DNA from: Phoronis australis
Lineage: Eukaryota; Animalia; Phoronida
Direction of reading: 5' to 3'
DNA: 64,000 nt
NCBI GenBank assembly: GCA_002633005.1
Contig: NMRA01000003.1
Coordinates: 542,696 to 606,695 of the forward strand
Shown here one piece after another: positions 35,483-48,700 of this stretch. The position numbers and the translations under genes were made by a program. The notes below the pieces were generated by a model. The model was not told the origin of the DNA. It saw only the letters and a list, made by a program, of their open reading frames with translations, and searched no databases. Every line of letters begins with the position of its first letter. Position 1 is the first letter of the stretch.

Positions 35483-36646
35483 CTAATATTTGACAACTTC
35501 CATGTTTATCTGAGTCAGCCCTGCTGGATGCTGTTCTAGGTAAAACACTTTGGAATTGGTACTGGTCGCTACATTACTGAAATCGGTAGCACTCGTACAT
35601 CTGTACTTGGACGATTTCGGAGTCAATAGCGTTACTTCGCTAGTTTTACAACACAATAACAAACTGCGAAGTTCATTTCTGAATCGTTCTCCGGAAAGGC
35701 AATAAAGAAAAAAATTACAACTGTGATTCATAAACACAAAGACGCTCAGAACTTGATTGACGAACACGTATGTGACATAATTGCTGAGGTCGTATGGATT
35801 GGGCGAGAACATGCCTGTGGAATAAGCTATGTACACTATGCCAAGTGGAACCATACAAATCAGGAACATCGCTGAGATTGTCAGCAACATGAGGGTTAAT
35901 TGAAAATGGGTTGAATCGCGTTTTTGAGTCATTCTTTTTTGAATCTTTTTGGACTTTCTGAAGTGGAAAATGATAAGAACGTTTAGAGCACACAGTATCA
36001 TTGATGGACAGAACGCATAGAACGACATGTCTATCCAGGAATAAATCACCATCAGCGTGGGGTAGTTGACCACGTCTCTCTTGCACTGGCTTATTTTTTC
36101 ATTAATTTCCGGTGTAGCCAACCAAAACACCGGCAAATCGAGCACAACGCAGAACAATGTCAAACATACTATCGTGACAACAGCTCGCTTCGGCGTACAC
36201 AAGTTTTGGGCCTTAAAAGGCAGTGCTATGGCAATGTACCTCTCCACGGTCACCGTTACAATAAACAGGACTGATGCGTGACCGGCAAAGCTCTGGAGGA
36301 ATCCAATGAACCTGCACGACCATAAGTTAGTTAACACGTTAACGTGCAGGGTTGATCCGGCAACACTCATGGTGTTCATGTAGACAAATAGGGTGTCCGC
36401 TAATGCTAAGGCAGCGAAGTAAACACAGGAGGAATTCCGACGCATTTTCTTCCTCAGCATTACGGCAAATGATAGCGAATTGCCTATGGTGGCCACACCA
36501 CAAAACACGTAAGGGGCAATGCGAAATATCTCTAACGCGACAAAAAACAAAGAATAGTTCGCGAGAGAATCTTTGGGAGCGTTCGGTGCTCGGGTGGCAT
36601 TACTGTCAGTTGAGTAATTCTCGGCTCCAGCGGATACATTAGCCAT
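35483..36646 (-). CDS. Class A (rhodopsin-like) peptide GPCR, FMRFamide-receptor-like, 387 aa, intronless CDS
   Basis: Seven hydrophobic segments; GN in TM1, LALAD in TM2, Cys at the start of TM3, ERY, CMVP in TM6, and NHSCNFFLYCLSGERFR (family NxxNFxLY...FR). N-terminal N-glycosylation sequons. ATG at 36646 follows a splice acceptor at 36667, so the GTG start in the ORF track is intronic. A 5'UTR donor lies at 36775. Confidence 0.93.
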   Translation of the reverse strand: MANVSAGAENYSTDSNATRAPNAPKDSLANYSLFFVALEIFRIAPYVFCGVATIGNSLSFAVMLRKKMRRNSSCVYFAALALADTLFVYMNTMSVAGSTLHVNVLTNLWSCRFIGFLQSFAGHASVLFIVTVTVERYIAIALPFKAQNLCTPKRAVVTIVCLTLFCVVLDLPVFWLATPEINEKISQCKRDVVNYPTLMVIYSWIDMSFYAFCPSMILCALNVLIIFHFRKSKKIQKRMTQKRDSTHFQLTLMLLTISAMFLICMVPLGIVYIAYSTGMFSPNPYDLSNYVTYVFVNQVLSVFVFMNHSCNFFLYCLSGERFRNELRSLLLCCKTSEVTLLTPKSSKYRCTSATDFSNVATSTNSKVFYLEQHPAGLTQINMEVVKY

Positions 36647-39600
36647 GGTTGAGTAGCATGAAGTACCTGAAAATGTAAATTGACAAGGTGGAATCACTTA
36701 ATGAGTGCGAGAATAAAACTAAACGAACAAAAGTCGCTATTTTTCCTGGTATAATCAAATTTATGATTAACTCACCGTCGTCAAGAGATCTAAGGGGAGC
36801 GTGTACTTAAATGTCGATCTTCGAGGTGCACCTCACCGTCACATACGGCGCGTCTTGCCAGCCAGCTGCCCAAAACTGGGAACAACGTCTATGTTGACGT
36901 TGGTTGTTAGTTGAAATACAAATTTGCCCAATGTTCCAAGTCTCTTGTCCGATGTTTTCATCTGATGACAAGCGAATCAACGTTTGTGACTGGTGGTCAA
37001 ATCCCATTCGATTCCGTCAGTGTAAAATAAAGCCGCGGTCAAAAGCGAGAATCCATTCTGCATGCTTTTTCTTGTCCGTCATAGTATGCTACTATTAATA
37101 AGACAGTCAATGTTTTAAAGCTTAGTTCTATCGCAAGCTAAATATGTAGTGGAGATAAAATAAGTCTGAAGTATTTACTTACAGTTGAGGTTATGGAGAG
37201 TAGAAAGCGACTGTTTTTCTTTGATCTTAGTTGTGGAAACTTGTATTGCACGCTTTGATCGCTTCTAGAAACTTGGATCGTGCAAAAGGCATTTTATAAA
37301 TCCTCCGACTCAATTAAAACAGCTTGTCTAACCAATCAAACGTCCGACTTATTTGAAATTGTCACGACATCACGTAGTCAAATCTCAATTAAGGTAACAG
37401 TTGTTTTTCAATGGAATAGCATGATATCATGCGTATAAAGTACATAACATGGTTAAATTATAGCCACTTCATATTCGAAAAATAAAACTAATTGATTGGC
37501 AATTAAGTTTCCGTGAAAACATAACAGAGACCACTCATGGCCATCGTCAGTCCTGCGCGTTTTAAATGGAACTTGCAATTTCCAACTTTACGTGGATTGC
37601 ATGCCGAAGTAACATATCCTGCGGGCCCTATAATAATTCTGTGAAAATCGTTCAATTATCGATTCGTTTTATTGGCAGCTTAAAGTGACTAAAAACGCGT
37701 CATCCATCAAAAATGAGTCAGACCACTTTCCGTTATGAAATTAGCCTCAAGTTGTTTCTTAGTCAAATTGGGAGTGATTTCAGGACTTCAAAAGAACTGA
37801 CAACTCGTTATTGCTCGAGACCGAAGCTCTACAAGTTGGCTCGTCACGGCGAGTCATTTTGTGCGTCGAGCGTGGTCCTGGGGAACAAGAAACTGTACGT
37901 TCTTTAGAAAACCAGAAACCACTTCTCGTATAAGTAAAGAACAAGTCAAGAACAATTTTATAGCTGTAAGTCGTTGACTCGGAAATCAAAAGTTCTCTTA
38001 CTGGACGGAACGCGGATTTATAGCCCTTATATTTTTATACAAAACAAATAATTACCGTGAATTTGGCTTCAGCCCAGCCATTGTGACGGGTAATTCTGGA
38101 TCACGCATGTCGGAATACTTTTGTCTTGTTGTTCAGTTTGGGTGAAAACATAGAGTAGACTCATGATCATCTTCCCTGTTTGTATGAAATAATGTCTGAC
38201 GACTATCGCCAAGAAGAGGATCTCTTCGTGGTATTACCCATTGATAGTGAAGTGGCAGTGATTTTGGACTTCCTTCACTTACTTGTAAACCCAGTCATAA
38301 CCAAATGCCATTTTAATGTAAATCATGTTCAATTTCCCATGTGGAATTGACCTCTATTAAGTAAATATCCTATTACAAGGTTCAGTAATTAAACAAGATA
38401 TAGACTAAAGAGATAGAGAACAAGACCAAGAAATTGATTTAAGCAATTTCAATAACAGGACAAAAACCAAAATTTAAAAATCCTTTCTTTACCAGTATTT
38501 TTATAACCACCTTGTTATTATTATTATTACCATTATAATTATTATATCACTGACTTACCCTGTACTACATGTGGATATATTAGTTGTCATGTAGCTGAAA
38601 TATACTTATAAAATAATAGTGCCAGTAACCACAAGAAAAAGTAATAGACATTACCATTAACATTATTGGCACATTATATAAATAAAAGAAAAATCCCAGT
38701 TTCCATCAACAAATTTCCTCCAGTAATCCCCCGGATCAAACCAAAATAAAACAGAAAGATGGCAATAAAAAGAAAGAAACATATACCATTACATAGAACC
38801 AATTTATTGTTTTTGCACAATAACTCACAAAGGTTTCGTAAAATCTTTTTAAAAATGAAAATGATATCTTGAAGAAACATTACATATGATACCACCAATT
38901 TACTTTGAACTGAACTTTACAAAATGAAGCACTATTAACACATTTTAACATTTTAGAAACATAAAAAGGCAAGATACCTGCAACTTTCAATATGTTGGCA
39001 TAGTTTCAGGTAGTCAATAGACTTTTTGTAAAATTACTGTAAAATGCAGCTCCTTGACTAACCAAAAGCAACTATACATTTGGAATGATATTCACAGTTT
39101 AGATGATAAAACTTCCGTTAAGTAATTAATAACATATACTATAGTATAAAATATATAAAACTGTTCATTAAGTACAGGGGAATGTTTAAAAAATGCAAAC
39201 AACAACTAAAATTGTACATCATTTCCAAAAAAAATTGAACTACTAATCTAATGACACCTGTCATGGAACTGAACTCCAAAAAACAGTGTTTCAACGTAAG
39301 AATTTTAATTATTTGATTTCGTTGTGTTAAAATCATATATACAGTGACACCCGTGTACTTGTATAAGTCAACATCCAGATTGTAAGCTAAACAATCACAA
39401 ATAAACTGAATGTACAATGGCACAAGATTGTATTTATAAAGGTTGGTTTAAGTTAGAATATTACACAATATTGAAATTTTCCTCAACCTACGCAATTAGA
39501 ACTGGTCAACAAAACTACAAGTACTAAATGGAAACAGAATGCAACTGATTCAGCGCCACAGCTATTAACAATTTTTCATTCCTCTGTTGGAATAAAAATA

Positions 39601-39750
39601 ACTCTACCACAGCATTGCATAGACTCACCAAGCACCATCTATAGCTGGAATGTCACTTGATTACTATGGGTTCTGTTAAATGCAATTCTCCATATTAAAC
39701 ATTGTAATAATGAATATTCAGGACCATACAAAAAGACTTGTCTAAGTTAA

Positions 39751-42700
39751 TTAATATTCACCAGCAGCACCATTCACTTGACCTGCAGTTGAGTAGAAAG
39801 TTTCTTGGGTGCGAGTTTCAGTTATTGTTTGACTGTGGCTTCCTCTGCAAAATCAAGATTATAAGCCTCTTGTAAAACATAAGGCAACAGAGATAAACAA
39901 GACAAATTAAGTCCAATAACAACTGGTAATGAAAAATATTTATTTTAATCAGTCATAATAGTTGGTTTCCTTTAAATAAAACAACAAATCACAACTTATT
40001 TTTGCAAAAACCACCTTCAGCGAAGAACAGAATATGAGGGAAAAGCATTTCCATTTAAGTCAACATAAGCGTCTGTGATTGTATTTGTCTGGTCTTGAGA
40101 ACTAAAGCCCGTGCATTAAGTTCCCATGGTGAGTTTCTTGGACATACGAAACACAGGCCTGGTGTTTTCGCAGGTGAGATTTAACTGTAGTGAAATTGGT
40201 TGCATTAAAAAAAGTATAGCAGTGCCATAGACAAAATGCTCCGTAATTCAAATGATTGTGTTTAACTCACCCTGTATAAGCTGGATTTACTGCGCTTGTT
40301 TCCAATCGACTTGTCGTGTATCCTGACGACTGGTGACCACCTCCACTTCCTGCCACCTCATCAGCGGTAAAGGTAAGATTGACCTCTCCTACATCATGCA
40401 CCTGTTCATCCGGCGGAACAAACATGTTCAAGCTCTGCGTTTCGTAGTTGCGTACATAGGGATCGAAGAACATCGCCTCCCCATTGAAGGCACTGACGTA
40501 GAATTTATTGTATCGTTCATGATACCTCTTGTACCTAAAAAGCAAGTCATTGGATTTAATGAGTTGTGAAACGGAAAGTTAAGACACAAAGGACATCCAT
40601 CATATACACCTTATTCACGCAGTTGCTAGTTTAGAAGTGAGCCTCTTTTTAGGTTTAAAAGTAATGCATTTGAAACATAAATTTAACGAGGCACGCGAAA
40701 AAATCACACTTTGCGATGTGATTAAGTGCAGATTGCATTGTTTTAAAAATCTAAAAAGAGGCTCACTTTTAAAATGTAAGGGGTATACAACAAAATATTG
40801 ATCAAAACGTTTCACCTGCACACAACTGACTCCGACACAACACGAGTGTGATGGCACTATCATCCCAAACAGACCAACGTTACAACTTACAAACTCCTCC
40901 AGCAAAACATTCATTATTTCATAACTGAATACTGTTCTCTATCCAGACACATGTTCTCTATCCAGACACATACCTGGCCCATGCAAAGCAAATGATGATT
41001 ATTCCGATAACAGCCAACAGGAAGATGATTCCAGCCAATGCCAGTAGCCAAATCCAAGTGTTTCCCAGAAGCAGGTAGGTCTTGCGCGTAACAAGAGCGC
41101 CAGTTTTCCCAGAAAGCTCATAAGGACCACGGATACGGACCATCGAGAGCATAGAGACCAAGTTGAACCTGACTTTGTCCTGGGAGTTGTTATCCATGAG
41201 TACCCTGAAAGACACAACACACAGACAATGAGCACTACCCACAGCGAAAATAGAATCATTCTAACTGTTGTTACACAAAAAGTTCATCCAAATTTGTTCC
41301 ACAAGCCTTTTATCTGTAAATCACACAGAAGTTAAGCGTTAATTTTAAAAACATTCACTTTGGGACCAATATCATCGAATCCTATAAATAATACACCTTA
41401 CATCAAATTACTGTTATTTGTTGTAAAAAGGTGTTGCTTCACTTACGTTTCCAAATCAGCTCTTGCACAGATGAGGTCAGCATCTTTATCCGTGTCTACA
41501 TTGCCCTGTTTAACGGCAACAAACCAGACATCTGTACCCGTCACATCCTCCTGCACGTTAGAAACAGATCCATCCTTCCTCGTGTCAATCTTTTCTATCA
41601 AGATCACCTTGTTCGTGTAAGTCTGCATTTTCCTAAAAAGAAAATTCGAAATGCTTTTATTAAGTTCATACTCATAGGCTTCTATTATTGATTTGTTAAT
41701 TGTAAGTTTGACCAAAGAATAGTAATCTTGTCAGAATTAAACCGAGATTTTACAACATGCAACACACTTTAAGTGACCACGCCATCACTGATTAACGAGA
41801 ACCTATCTTTTCACCTATATAAAAAATTAATTTTAAAAGAAGTGCAACCATCGATGACTTAATACATCCTAGACTATGATGGTCAATACCTGCAGCAGAA
41901 AACAAAACTACATTTTAGGTTGTGATGCAGTCTCTGTGACAAATTAAAGATTAATCACTATCAATCCTTGAGGTTACACTATACAATGCACAGTACTTAC
42001 TGCCTCCACTCTTCTTTGACTTTGTTAAACTGGGCTGGTGTCATGTCCTTGATAACCATGATCATGCGATGGGCATTGTCTATCAGGTTGACAATCACCT
42101 CGGCATTAGTAGTCATTATTGACTCTGGTGGCACTGCCATGTCATAGGCCGTCACGTCAAACCGATAATGAATTGCAGGGCTAGGGTCTGTTGGTCCGAA
42201 AGTGTCAGTGGTAGTGAGAATGCCAGTCACAGGCGCAATGGCAAATGGTGGGTTACGTGGCATAGCCTCCTCTTCATTCCCCATTCTATAACGCACTTCA
42301 CCGTTCTCTTTGCTGTCTATGTCTGTTGCCTATAACAAAAGACAAGTACTGAAGATGCTTTTAAGGTTACAAAATTCAAATCACACTTGGTTGATTCGGA
42401 ATGTTCCGATTATCATAGGCAGATCTGATGTCTGCCCCAACAATGCATCAGAGTGACGTTTTCTTCGTTGGGATCTTTTCTATATAATCACATGAGAATC
42501 TAAACCCAGACCAACCCAGGTAGTACTACAGTGTCTCTAGCCGTGTAAACTCACCTTAATGAATGTTGGTGATCCCGTATGAGCACTGGTGGGTACAGAC
42601 TGCCCCACCAGGGTCTCCCTAGGGATGGCGGCGTAGTACTTGTTGGCCGTGTCTCCAGTTTTGCCCTGGTCTGGATAGACAGGGAACTCGAACTTTGGAG

Positions 42701-45700
42701 CGTTATCATTCACATCCACAATGTTCACAATGATGTTGTAGTAGGGATACGATATGGCGTATGCAGCTGGAACCAATAAATGAATGAACTTAGGAAATGA
42801 TGTATGGAATGAAAATGTAAACTGCTAGAGACAACAGTACATAAAATACATGGTGGGTGAGTTTTCATGCAATAGTTATTTAAATTGCTGGAAAAGAAGT
42901 CCGGAGAAGAAGTCAGTGATCTATGGTTTTTAACCTACTAGTTAGTTTGTAGGAATTAAATCATTCCAGCAAAATTTTGGCATTCTCATTCGCATGGCTA
43001 ATGAGGCGTGAATTCAAGAAATCGTAAATAAATATATCAATCAGCTCAGTATGGCGGGCTCTCTGAACAGTGAATAGGTCTAGAAGTGGCAAGTATTCAG
43101 GAGAGTGACTGCTAGTGTCCAGTACGGTCCTACCTCTCTTAGTGCGGGGTGCAATCAGCGCCACAGAGATATTCAGGTTGTACACTGTCTTCAGTTCATA
43201 ATCAATGTCACCTTCCACCTTGAGTTCACAGTCTTTTCCATCCGTAGTCACATCCAACCTAAAGTCGCCTGAAAACATAAAAAACAAAATATGCCAGCCT
43301 TTGAATCTCTTTGGACTTGAGTCTGTATAGTTTTATGTATCATTCTTAAACTATGAAGGCTTAATGGCTTAAATGCACTGTACGGTCAACTAAAAGTGGA
43401 TCAAAGTTTCAGGTTAAATGATTATGTCTTGTCATTGGCTGTATACCTGGACACCAGGTGCACATGTAGCAAACTTGAGAGAGTTTGCATCAGGTAAGTC
43501 ACCAGACAACATTGCATGGAAGAAATTCTCTTGCCAAGATACTCTAATCTTAATTGAATGAAGATTCCTGTTTTTATGATTTATGGCAACATTACGCAAT
43601 TAGAAGATTTTAAGATGATATCTATGCTAAATAAACCTAAAAGTTCCTTTAAGCAAGATGGTTTTCCATCAACAAAATGGACAAAACCATTAAACAGTGA
43701 TAAAAGTGTCCAAGATGTTGCTCTTGCTGATGGATAAACAAAGAAAATATAGTATTCAACCAATGCTTTGGCTCCCCTTACCATCTTCATTGCCACTGAT
43801 AAAAGTACAGGAAACCTGTCTAGTAAGAGGTTGGTTGACAACGTCAATGAACTGGACCAGAGTGTCCTTTGCTGTGTTCTCCTTCAGGTAAACACTGAAA
43901 AGGTGAGAGATAAACATGCAGCAGAACAAGCGATGGACCAAAGCATGTAGGTGTGGATGATGACCATTGACGGTGTCATTCACATAGTGTAAGTCAAGTC
44001 CATGCAAAGGAGATTGTATATTGATATGCATAAGCTGTTCATGGTGATGCAGGAAAGTTTTCACTTATATGTACTGTAGCACAAAGCTATGAATTGTCAA
44101 TAGACCAAGACCATATATAACGTAAGGTGTTGGATATTTATGTGTGTGTCATAGACCAACTCCACTATTAACCTAGCTGTTTAATAATTATGTAAGACAG
44201 TGTTCGTGTAAGTGGGACTTTTGTGAACTCAATTCACAAGTGAGCTACATGACAACCTGTGAGAGTTCCATTTATCAAGTCTTACATCACACTCTACATT
44301 ACCATTGCCTTGCAGCTGACTGAAAAAAACTGATGTGTGTGGTCACATCAACGTAGCGAATAGTGGAAAGACGGAAGCTGGGCATGTAGTCATCAAATGG
44401 TAGATCAGTTGAAGATGAACTTCTGATTTCCCACAATTCAATTTTCAAATAATGGATGGGTCATAAAAAAGTCACTGTGTTGTACTAGTCCATGTGAGAG
44501 ACTTACACGTCAGTGTTCCTGATGAAGCCCAGGGAGCCAGCAGGGAGGTCGTCTATCTGGTCAACAATGACGATAACCTGAGCTGTGGCAGTCTTAGGTT
44601 TCTCTGCCATGTCGGTAGCAATGACATTGAACTGAAAAACAACAAACAGTTCTATTCAACCCTTCTACAGAAATCCAGCAGCAATGACAAAGTAAGTGAC
44701 ACAAGTTTGACTACAAACAAGCAATAGAGACAGGTCAGACAACAGTTTGATGAACATCATAAATAGACATCTAAAGGCAACGTTATAGTCACACAACAGT
44801 GTGATGAACATCATAAATAGGCATCGCAAGGTAAGGTTATAGTCAAACAACATTGTGATGAACATCTCATATAGAAACCTGAGTTGATACATGGAACCTT
44901 TATGTTTTTAAGTCCACTATCACTACTTGTAGAAATGGTAGATTATTTTTGAAATTTAACTTACATTAAACAAACTGTGAGTGCATGTGAATCCCTAGAA
45001 TATATTGATGCATTAAATAGCACCCATTGCTGGACTCACCGTAAACCTAGTAGTATCCTCAGGATCATTCGTAAGCAGACGTTTCAGAGAAATGTGTCCG
45101 AGTGCTGGGTTAATCTGGAAGTAATTGTTCACTTTGCCTTGTGAAGGGATGCTGTAGACAATCTTGGCATTAGGATACTGAAATATGGATAAAAACGTGT
45201 GTCACTAATTTATCTTAATATCAAACTTATTCAAAAATGGTGACGAAAACACTAAGCAGCTAGATAATAAATACCAATGGGTAAAAAGCAGGCAGACAAG
45301 ACCAACATGGCTGCCAGAGGAAATTTCAGATGCTCTCTCAAGAAGTTGCCAAACCAAGTAATTCTCAGGTTTCCTAAGGAAAAAAGCGTCTCAGCTAAAT
45401 TTAAATAGTGACATGTCACCCTACACGTAAATCTTGACGATGACCCTAATAAAGCTACTGTTCCAGGATGATGCATCAGTGTCAAAGTCGTCCCACTAAC
45501 ATGTGTGACTAATGTAAAATGTGAGAATCAACAGAAAAGGAAGAAAGGCATTCATTCAAACTCAGACTGTCACAACTTGCAATTCTTCTCAAGTGTCATT
45601 GCACTCTTTGGGGTTAATAAGATCACTCTTATAAGCTTTGTCATACACTTGTCAAGTCGCCCCTACTGTTGCTCAGGCAGGTTACACAATAGAGGTTCAA

Positions 45701-48700
45701 TTATATCAGTAAAGGAACAGCAGTTACAGTGCACGTTACTTCTCTTGTCTTCAGCTCTGATAGATTTTTGACTCTCAAAAAGTTAAGAAGTCTAATTTTT
45801 AATGACATTTTTTTTTCAGGTTTCAAACGTCAATGACAGATTAGGTATAATAGTCCACAGTGTCTAAAATGAGAAAAACTGGAACCACGGACAGGCATTG
45901 CTTATCACTGACATCCGTCTCTGTTATCTAATCTCCATTGTAAATCCAATCAGTAAGTGAACATTTTTGGCTGAATATTTCATATTTTTATTTTGTTCTA
46001 GCATGAATATTTACAGGTTAAATGAAACAATAAATGATAATACACAGTACATACAGATTATTTACAATAAATAATAACTAACACAAGAACCACATTTTGC
46101 TCAAGATGTAACTAAAAAAGTTCACGAAAATTTTGGAAATTGAGATTATTTAGCAAATGTTTGAGCAAATATCAATTTTTTTCTAATATGATCAACAGGT
46201 TTATGTTACAGTTTTCCCACTGAAGCACTCAAAGTTGCTGGTTGGGAAATGCAATGTAGTGTACAATTTTGACTGCAAAACACATATGTTGTGTGTGTAC
46301 TGTGCAATTTAAGACTGTCATAGTTATATCACATCTTTGTGACAAGAAACGCCCTCAAATTTGAAGAAAGATAATGATACGTGAAATATAGGAGAATAAA
46401 CCGACGATGGTTCAAGATGTCCTAAAAAAGTCACATTATGCCCTTTGAAAAGACACATTTTATTTTCAGACTCAAACTTACCCCAGCTTGCTTAGCAGCA
46501 TCTCCATCAGTGGCGGTGACATTGAGGAATGTGATTCCAAAGTTGAGACTCTCAGAGATCTTGACCGTGTACACTTTAGGATTGAACACAGGCCCATGTT
46601 CATTCCTCAGCACGCGTATCGTAACCTTGCTAGTATTGGACTTAGATGGGGTCCCTTGGTCGGTGGCTATCACTTGCAACTATGAAGAGTACAAATTGGC
46701 AAATATTAACATATGTTTTGAACCTTAATAATGATAGTTGTTGGTATGAAAGTGAATGCTTGTCAGTAGAAGTCAAATGAAATGCTTTAATTTGTAAAAT
46801 CAGTAAACTGGAATTGCCCATGGTAAGCTCAGTTTCACAGCCAAACAGACCCAAAATTGACAGGGACCCTGCGCAGGCTATCAATATGTTAACGTGTGCA
46901 ATCTTAACTTCTGAAAGTGGCATTTTCTAGTAATTCTAATACAACTCCTTTTAGATGGACCTCTAGCACTTTTGGCTCCTGATGCCTGTATCACATAGTT
47001 TTTTGCCACAAAGACTTCAGAATAAATGTGATGTTATAAAGAGCGTGCTGATATGGTATAAGTAACAATTATTAGTCTCCAGCACATGCCAAGCTGGTGA
47101 CATTCCGGGCTCTGAACCCCCCCTCCCCCTGCTCACAGACATCTTCATATACTTAAATATAGGTCACGTGATATGACCAACATATGACGTGCAAAGGACT
47201 AATAATTCAACTCATGCTTCACAATTAAAACATGTCTCATGACATGGGCCCAGGGTGTATGGTGAGATCATACGAAGAAGCAGTGACTTAACCTACGTAG
47301 TAAAAGTCTGGTTGCGGCGTCTGGTCATCTTCATATGGCGGAGTTCTCACACGAACAGTGCCTGAGAAACGGTCTATGTAGAAATAGCGACTAGCAGTGG
47401 GTGATCTCGGTGTACTGCTCAGTGAGTAGACGATTGTGCCGCTGAGTTTCTGTTGCAACAGAATAAGACAAAGCACTTAAATTAAACTTAGGAATATATT
47501 AATTCTGGCCATAAGGCATTTCTTTACCTTATAAGCACGCACTCAAGTTTCATGTGTCTACACGTGATGCTGCACCTATATATTACTGTATTAGGTGCAG
47601 CGCATGCGTCTGTATGCAAAACACTTGCATAAAACAAAGGAGCATAATTTGTCTAATCCACAGCAAAACAATTCAACTTTATTCTAACTAAAAGAAAATG
47701 CAAAATATTTTGTCAAAATTTTGCGTCAAAGCTATCTATGTCACTTCAAAACTGCTAACTTAACCTTTTTCAATATTTACAATTTGTATTTCAGTTTTAT
47801 AAATAAACAGAAACCTGACAATGCTAAACTAAAATGAATGGCATAAAAATAAGTCTGCCTGTGAAATGATAATAATATGCCATTGAAACAGACGAAATCA
47901 ACTACAAATAGAAAGTCTACTAGCAAAATAATCTGATAAAACTAAACATTCAACACAAAGAGCAGACACCCTAGAACATTGCCAAATAGTCTAACTGATG
48001 GATTAAATGAGGAACTTACATCTGAACCATCAGCATCTGTTGCTAGAGTTTGTACAACTGAAGACCCAGCTGCCTTGTGCTCAGGTATAGTGGCTTGGTA
48101 CTCAGGCAGAGAGAACACAGGTGTGTTGGGGTTACGGATCACCTTAATGTTAACTGTTGCTCGGTCAGAACTCTGCGGATTTCCGTTGTCAGTGGCTTGA
48201 ACATTCAACTGGTGGAAAAGGTGAGAAAGGGATATTCACAGACAATGAAAAGCGTGACAAAGAACCACAATACACACCACTGTATCATGTACTATTTTCA
48301 TAAAAATCATCTTTATTGAATACATGAAAGTGTTTTCGATTGGAAGTTTTCATACATACTCTTTGTAACTCATGGTATATTTGTAGATCCTTGAGAAAAC
48401 AACATTATACTGGTGATCTGCTGTATAGTTGTTCTCTAAAGTACCAACAAATACATCGAAAGTTGCAAAGGGTATGCATGAAAGCTTCCAACCGTCAAAT
48501 TATTCAACAAATAGTATCTGCGTATAGAAGCAAATCAAACCATAGGTGATGAAATTAATTGTAAACACGACTTTGGGCAATACGTAGTCTGTGAACTTGG
48601 CCACTCCAGGTAGAGTGTCAATGAATACAAGAAGACTGACCCAGAAGTAGTAGTAATAATAATAATAATAACAATAATAATAATAACAATAATAATAATA

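Noticed and set aside
36647-36697. N-terminal 17-aa extension of the GPCR from a GTG start
   Set aside because: It crosses a clear splice acceptor (TTTTCAG at 36667); the ATG at 36646 is the likely start.
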